From the NCBI RefSeq assembly GCF_032191835.1, contig NC_083233.1, positions 63,302,001-63,366,000 of the forward strand: a stretch of 64,000 nt of DNA, given 5' to 3'. Made by a program: the position numbers and the translations under genes. The DNA is from Heteronotia binoei. Taxonomy: Eukaryota. Below the pieces are notes generated by a model. It was not told the origin of the DNA and did not search any database. It was given only the letters and a program-made list of their open reading frames with translations. How positions within the stretch are numbered: the stretch's first letter is position 1; each line of letters starts with the position of its first letter. This document shows, piece after piece, positions 57,778-64,000 of this stretch.

Positions 57778-58702
57778 TGTTGTGGGATTTTTATTTATAC
57801 CCACAGCAACACAAAACCAAAACCTAGAAACCAAAACAACCTGCAGTTATCAAAAGGCTAATACATACTAATAAGTTTTAAGACCTCATAGATAAACTTT
57901 ACTAGACTCCAAGTTTAGAAAAGCAAAACAGTTTATTAGATTCCAGGTTTCTCCTTTAGACAGAAGGCTTCAAATATATGGATAGAAAAGCAAAAGAGAA
58001 AACAGTTTGGATAACTTTCACAAAACAGTTACACAGAATTCAGTCAAGCATAAAGCATGGTTCTACAATAAAGCAGAGAGCATACTGAAAAATAGAAGTC
58101 CCTATTAGTCTACATTTTCCCATTTAGAATTTAAGTCCCAAGCCCCATTTGTTTGACCTGATCAGCCTAGGGACAGTCTCCTGTCTCCATTCAGATCAAG
58201 TCTTTGTTAATTTCAAAGCTGAGCAGCATGGAGGTCCCTGCCTCTCATGCCATCCAGCCAAAAAGTGCAGGGTTTATAAAGGAAAAAAACTTTATCACTT
58301 ATCTCTATTTCATCTAATGTTATGAATTCCAGAAAACTTCCAGCTGCATTTTAATAGAAACAATAATACTTGCCAAATCAAAACATTGCCCTCAGTTCAC
58401 TCTTACCTTTAACTTACTTATACAGATGGCTAGTTCTCTCGCTTCCTGCCATACCACATAAGGATCATACCAAATAAGGAGATTCCTGCCCTGAGACAGC
58501 TTATGAACTTTCACACACTAACCTAGATGCTTTTCTCTTAGAGCTATATGGCTTAAAGTGTTTGAAGAGCTTAGAGATGAAAGGCTCTTAGTGCCCATTT
58601 CATAAGAGTATGGCTACTTTCATAAAGAATTCTTGTAGCCAATTTCATAAAAAGTTTGGTTAAGATCATAAAGAGGGCAAACTTAAAATAAATTCTGCCA
58701 CA
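57778..58702 (-). mobile_element. Solo LTR, 925 bp
   Basis: TG...CA termini with exact 5-bp TSD GTCCC (57773-57777, 58703-58707); minus-strand TATAAA near 58275 and AATAAA near 57935. Confidence 0.85.
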
Positions 58703-59495
58703 GTCCCCCCTGGTCAGCAGTAGGAGATGGAGACCCTAGATGAGCTTGATGAACTAGAGATGCTGGTTAAAAGCTAAGCCAAGCCCTCTACCAGAGCAAT
58801 CCTTCTCAAGTCTACCTAGAATTCTTCTCAGGTCTAGTCAACAGGACTTCCTCCCTAGAAAGTGTTCTTAGGATTGCTCTGTAAATTTCCCTGTATCTCT
58901 ACCTTATTCTAAAGCAGTTTGCAGCTTTTGTTTTCCAGGAGTTTCTTGGTGGAATCTTTAAAAAGGTAATACATTCAAAGAAGCCAAGCAACAGACCAAA
59001 AATAAAATTACAGAGAAGCAAAGCTATAGAGCAATATGAGAGCCTAGACAGCAAAGCGAGAAACATGCAAAGTAATAAGCCCTTATAAGGAATGGGGTGG
59101 AATTCAGGGCTGTACCCAGTGAGGGGGGGGGCACACAGGGTCATGCCCCCTATCAAATCTGCAGTGCTCCCTATTGAATCCCCAGCCCAGCAATGCCCCC
59201 ACAGGTCTTCACCATTTGGATCTTTAAACATATTTTCTTGTCCTTTGCTTTCACCAAGGAGCCCTGTCTATCACCCATGCCTTCTATCTGTCCCCAGAAG
59301 TGTGTTCAAGGCTGTTGGCTCTTTAGCATTATTTGCAGCCAAGACATGCCATCGTTCTCCCTGTTCACATGTTACAATCAATGCATGTACATCCTGCCTG
59401 CACATGCATACATCTGTTGGTAAGAAGGAGCCAAGGTGAATTCATTTTATGAATTAAACCAGTACACAGATAAATACAGTTTGTATGACATGTTC

Positions 59496-62400
59496 TCTTC
59501 TCATGGATTGTTGCCTTGTTGTGGTGAGAGGGTTTGCGCGGTTCAATGAGGCTGTGGGCTATGCCATGCAGGGCCACCCAAGATGGACAGGCCACAGCTG
59601 AGAACCCAGTCTAAATGTGATCCACTGGAGAAGGAAATGGCAAACCACTCCAGTATCCTTGCCAAGAAAACCCCATGAACAGAAACAAAAGGCTAAAATA
59701 TATGGCATTGGAAGATGAGGCCCTCAGGTCAGAAGGTGCCCAATATGCTACTGGGGAAGAGCGTTCAAATAACCACAGAAAGAGTGAAGTGGCTGGGCCA
59801 AATGTGAATGTGTCTGATGGTGAAAGAACAGTCCGATGCTGCAAAGAACACTACTGCATCGGAACGAGGAATGTAAGATCTACAAATCAAGGTAAACTAG
59901 ATGTGGTCATACAAGAGATGGCAAGACTGAACATTGACATTTTGGGAATCAGTGAACTAAAATGGACGGGAATGGGTGAATTTAACTCAGAGGATCACTA
60001 CAGCTATTATTGTGGCCAAGAGTCCTGTAGAAGAAATGGTGTAGCCTTTATAGTTAACAAGAGAGTGAGGAAGGCAGTAATGGGATACAATCTCAAAAAT
60101 GACAGAATGATCTCGGTCTGTATCCAAGGCAAACCATTCAATATCACAGTAATGCAAGTCTATGCCCCAACCACTGATGCAGAAGAGGCTGAAGTGGACC
60201 AGTTCTATGAAGATCTACAACACCTTCTAGAATTAACACCAAAAAAGGGGGGACTGTCAAAAGGTGACTGGAACAACTGACAAGTTTGGCCTTGGAGAAC
60301 AAAATGAAGCCGGGCAAAGGCTAATAGAGTTTTGTCCAGAGAACAAGCTGGTCATAGCAAACACCCTCTTCCAACAACTTAAAAGGCGGCTCTACACGTG
60401 GACATCACCTGATGGGCAACACAGAAATTAGATTGATTTTATATTTTGCAGTCAAAGATGGAGAAGCTCCTTAAAGTCAGCAAAAACAAGACCTGGAGCT
60501 TACTGCGGCTCAGATCATGAGCTACTCATCGCAAAATTCAGGCTTAAACTGAAGAAAACTGGGGAAGCCTTTAGGCCATTCAGGTTTGACCTTGATCACA
60601 TCCCTTATGAATATACAATGGAAGTGAAGAATAGGTTTAAGAAACTAGAGTTGATAGACAGAGTGTTTGAAGAACTATGGATGGAGGTTCATGACATTGT
60701 ACAGAAGGCAGCAATCAGCACCATCCCAAAGAAAAAGAAATGCAAGAAAGCAAAGTGGCTGTCTGATGAGGCTTTACAAATAGCTGAGGAAAGAAGGAAA
60801 GCAAAAGGCAAAAGGCAAAGGTGAAAAGGAAAGATTCACCCAACTGAATGCAGATTTCCAGAGAACAGCAAGGAGAGATAAGGAGGCCTTCCTGAAGGAA
60901 AAATGCAAAGCAATAGAGGAAAATAACAGAAAATAACAGAATGGGAAGGACAAGAGATCTCTTCAAGAAAATTGGAGAAATCAAGGGAACTTTTCGTGCA
61001 AAGATGGCCATGATAAAGGACAAAAATGATAGGGACCTAACAGAAGCAGAAGAGATCAGGAAGAGGTGGCAAGAATACACAGAAGAATTATACAAGAAGG
61101 ATCTCAATGTCCTGGACAACCATGCCAGTGAAATTGATGACCTTGAGCCAGACATCCTGGAGAGTGAAGTCAAATGGGCTTTAGAAAGCATTACTAACAG
61201 CAAAGCGAACGGAGGTGATGGTATCCCAGTTGAGCTATTCAAAGTCCTAAAAGATGATGCTGTTAAAGTGATGCACACATTATGTCAACAAATTTGGAAA
61301 ACACAACAGTGGCCACAGGATTGGAAAAGATCGGTTTATATTCCAATCCCAAAGAAGGGTAATGCCAAGGAATGTTCAAACTATCGCACCATTGCGCTCA
61401 TTTCACATGCCAGCAAGGTCATGTTAAAGATCCTACAAGCTAGGCTTCAGCAGTATGTAGATCGGGAACTACCAGATGTTCAAGCTGGGTTTCCATTCAG
61501 TGGATTATGGAGAAAGCACGGGAGTATCAGAAAAATGTCTATTTCTGCTTCATTGACTATGCTAAAGCCTTTGATTGTGTGGATCACAACAAACTGTGGC
61601 AAGTCCTTCAAGAGATGGGAGTACCAGACCACCTCACATTCTCCTGAGAAACCTGTATAAGGGTCAAAAAGCAACTGTCAGAACAGAATATGGAACAACT
61701 GATTGGTTTAGAATAGGAAAAGGAGTTCGACAAGGATGTATATTGTCACCCTTCTTATTTAATTTATATGCAGAGTACATCATGCGGAATGCTGGCCTGG
61801 ATGAAGCACAAGCCGGAATTAAGATTGCTGGGAAAAACATCAACAACCTCAGATATGCAGATGACACTACTCTAATGGCAGAAAGTGAGGAGGAACCTCT
61901 TGAGGTGAGGAGGAACCTAAAGAACCTCTTGTTGAGGGTGAAAGAGGAGAGCACAAAAATAGGCTTGAAACTCAAAACATCAAAAAAACTAAGATCATGG
62001 CATCTGGCCCCATCACACCTTGGCAAATAGAAGGGGAAGACATGGAAGTAGTGACAGACTTCACATTTCTGAAATCCAAGATCCCTGCAGATGGTAACTG
62101 TAGCCATGAAATTAAAAGACGTTTGCTCCTTGGGAGGACAGCTATGGCAAACCTGGGCAGTTTAATAAAAAGTAGAGACATCACTCTGCCAACAAAAGTC
62201 CGTATAGTCAAAGCAATGGTATTCCCAGTAGTAATGTATGGCTGTGAGAGCTGGACCATAAGGAAGGCCAAGCACAGAAGTATAAATGCTTTTGAGATGT
62301 GGTGCTGGAGAAGACTCTTGAGAGTCCCTTGGACTGCAAGAAGATCAAATCAGTCAGTCCTAAGGGAAATCAACCCAGACTGTTCACTGGAAGGTCAGAT

Positions 62401-62655
62401 GCTGAAGCTGAAGCTAAAATACTTTAGCCACCAAATGAGAAGGGAGCACTCACTGGAGAAGATTCTGATGCTGGGAAAGACAGAAGGCAAAAGAAGAAGG
62501 GGACGGCAAAAGATGAGATGGCTGGACAGGGTTACTGATGTAACAAACACGAATTTGAGCAGACTTCGGAGTATGGTGGAAAACAGGAGGGCCTGGTGTG
62601 ACTTTGTCCATGAGCTCACAAAGAGTCGGACTCGACTGTGCGACTGAACAACAAA
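59496..62655 (+). mobile_element. Near full-length RTE-BovB LINE (3.16 kb), frameshifted
   Basis: APE endonuclease (59675-60280) and RT pieces (RYADDT; 60941-62647) in shifted frames; 3' GAGTCGGACTCGACTG..GAACAACAA; 11-bp TSD ATGACATGTTC at 59485-59495 and 62656-62666. Confidence 0.95.
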
Positions 62656-63526
62656 ATGACATGTTCAGCTGTACATGCATGGATCCTAACATAAGAATTA
62701 CTCAACGCACATACAAAGAATGATTCTAGTGTACACTGCGCATGGATTCATGTGTTTTCACTGTAACTTGAGAGCCAGTTTGGTATAGTGGTTAAGTGTG
62801 TGGACTCTTATCAGGGAGAACCGGGTTAGATTCCCCACTCCTCCACTTGTAGCTGCTGGAATGGCCCTGGGTCAGCCATAGCTCTTGTAGTAGTTGTCCT
62901 TGAAAGGGCAGCTTCTGGGAGAGCTCTCCCAGCCCCAGGGGGGGAAGGTAAAGGAGATTGTGACAGCTCTGAGACTCTGATATTCAGAGTATAGGGTGGG
63001 ATATAAATTTAATATCATTATCATCATCTTCTTCTTCTTCTTCTTCTCCTCAGGGTTTCTGGCTTCTCTTTAACCAACCTGCTAAAGAATGAATGATCAA
63101 CTCCTGAGCTTGCATGGTTAGGCAGCTTCCTTGTACAAAAGATTATTTTTGTCCTTCATAGCAAGTCCTGTAGCAGTCCAAAGTCAGATTTCCTCAAAGT
63201 AATCAGACTGATCTTCTTTGCAGTTCAAGGACCAAGTTTAGGGACTGGCTTAACATTGGCTTCTATCCTACCATCATTTGCTGATGATAGGAGTGGCAGA
63301 AGAGAAGGGGCAGTTTTTTGATGATTCCCTGCCTGCAGCTTCTCCCCCCACTTTTCATTTATTCTGATTGGGAGGGTCCTCTGATGCCCTGGAGCAGAAT
63401 TGGGGGGGAGGGCTCTGTGGGCTGCATTGAAAGTCAGGAGGAGGCAAAGTCATCCCCTTGGACAATTAACTATTAAGAGCCAGGAGAGAGCTGTCCCTTG
63501 AATAATGGTAGTGACTTTGCCAGAAT

Positions 63527-64000
63527 TTTTTTTTTTAACTTTAAATTTTTATTAATTTTTTAACTATAACCAACAACTTAGATACATGCTTAATAACCAA
63601 ATAGATACAATAATAAACATACATTATATTCATGTCTTAAATATCCTTCCAATTATTCAGAGCACCTCTACTTTTTATTATCATTACATTCGAATGCAAA
63701 AGTCTACTACACCACCAAGCAATATATAATCTATTCTTTAAAAATACTTTTCAATAGTATGAAAAATTAATAAATTTTTTTGGGATATACTTTTGAGGAT
63801 CTTCTTCCGAATTTATATACTTAAAAAAAGAATACCATTTCTCAATAAAATTATTCTTTTTCTGCTGTATGTCCATGGCTCTTATTTGCATAGCTAATTT
63901 ATCCAAGGCTGCCACCTCCCACACTTTCGTTAACCATTGTTGTACCTTGGGAGACACATCACGTTTCCAGTATTGTGCTACCAATAACTTGACTTTGCCA
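63527..64000 (-). mobile_element. L1/Tx1-like LINE 3' end (runs off window)
   Basis: ORF end ...QYWK...WLTKVWEVAALDKLA...FIEKWYSFFKYI, AT-rich 3'UTR, AATAAA and poly(A) (T run at 63527-63537). Confidence 0.75.

Overview
Vertebrate (squamate, most likely gekkotan lizard, judged from the SINE repertoire) genomic DNA, syntenic with human 22q11.21. It contains the complete 18-coding-exon CDC45 gene on + (ATG 3569, stop 22864-22866, 563 aa), the single-exon-CDS claudin-5 gene CLDN5 on - (47563-46904, 219 aa), and probably the extreme 5' end of UFD1 on - (about 2.5-3.8 kb), head-to-head with CDC45. The rest is TE-rich: a full-length RTE-BovB with TSD, a young 5'-truncated L2 with an intact RT frame, two CR1 pieces, an L1/Tx1 3' end, two solo LTRs, tRNA- and 5S-derived SINEs, and many hAT and Tc1/mariner MITEs, several nested. 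I found no wholly new biological system. The best leads are: (i) splice signals suggesting UFD1 and CDC45 transcripts interleave at their 5' ends, (ii) a frame-preserving 57-nt candidate cassette exon in CDC45 intron 6, (iii) a U12-type intron and a probable 3'-UTR intron in CDC45, (iv) a shortened second extracellular loop in CLDN5, and (v) a MITE family spreading octamer+KLF motif pairs and long hairpins. Coordinates were counted by hand; repeat boundaries without TSDs are approximate, and comparisons to human/chicken are from memory and need database confirmation.
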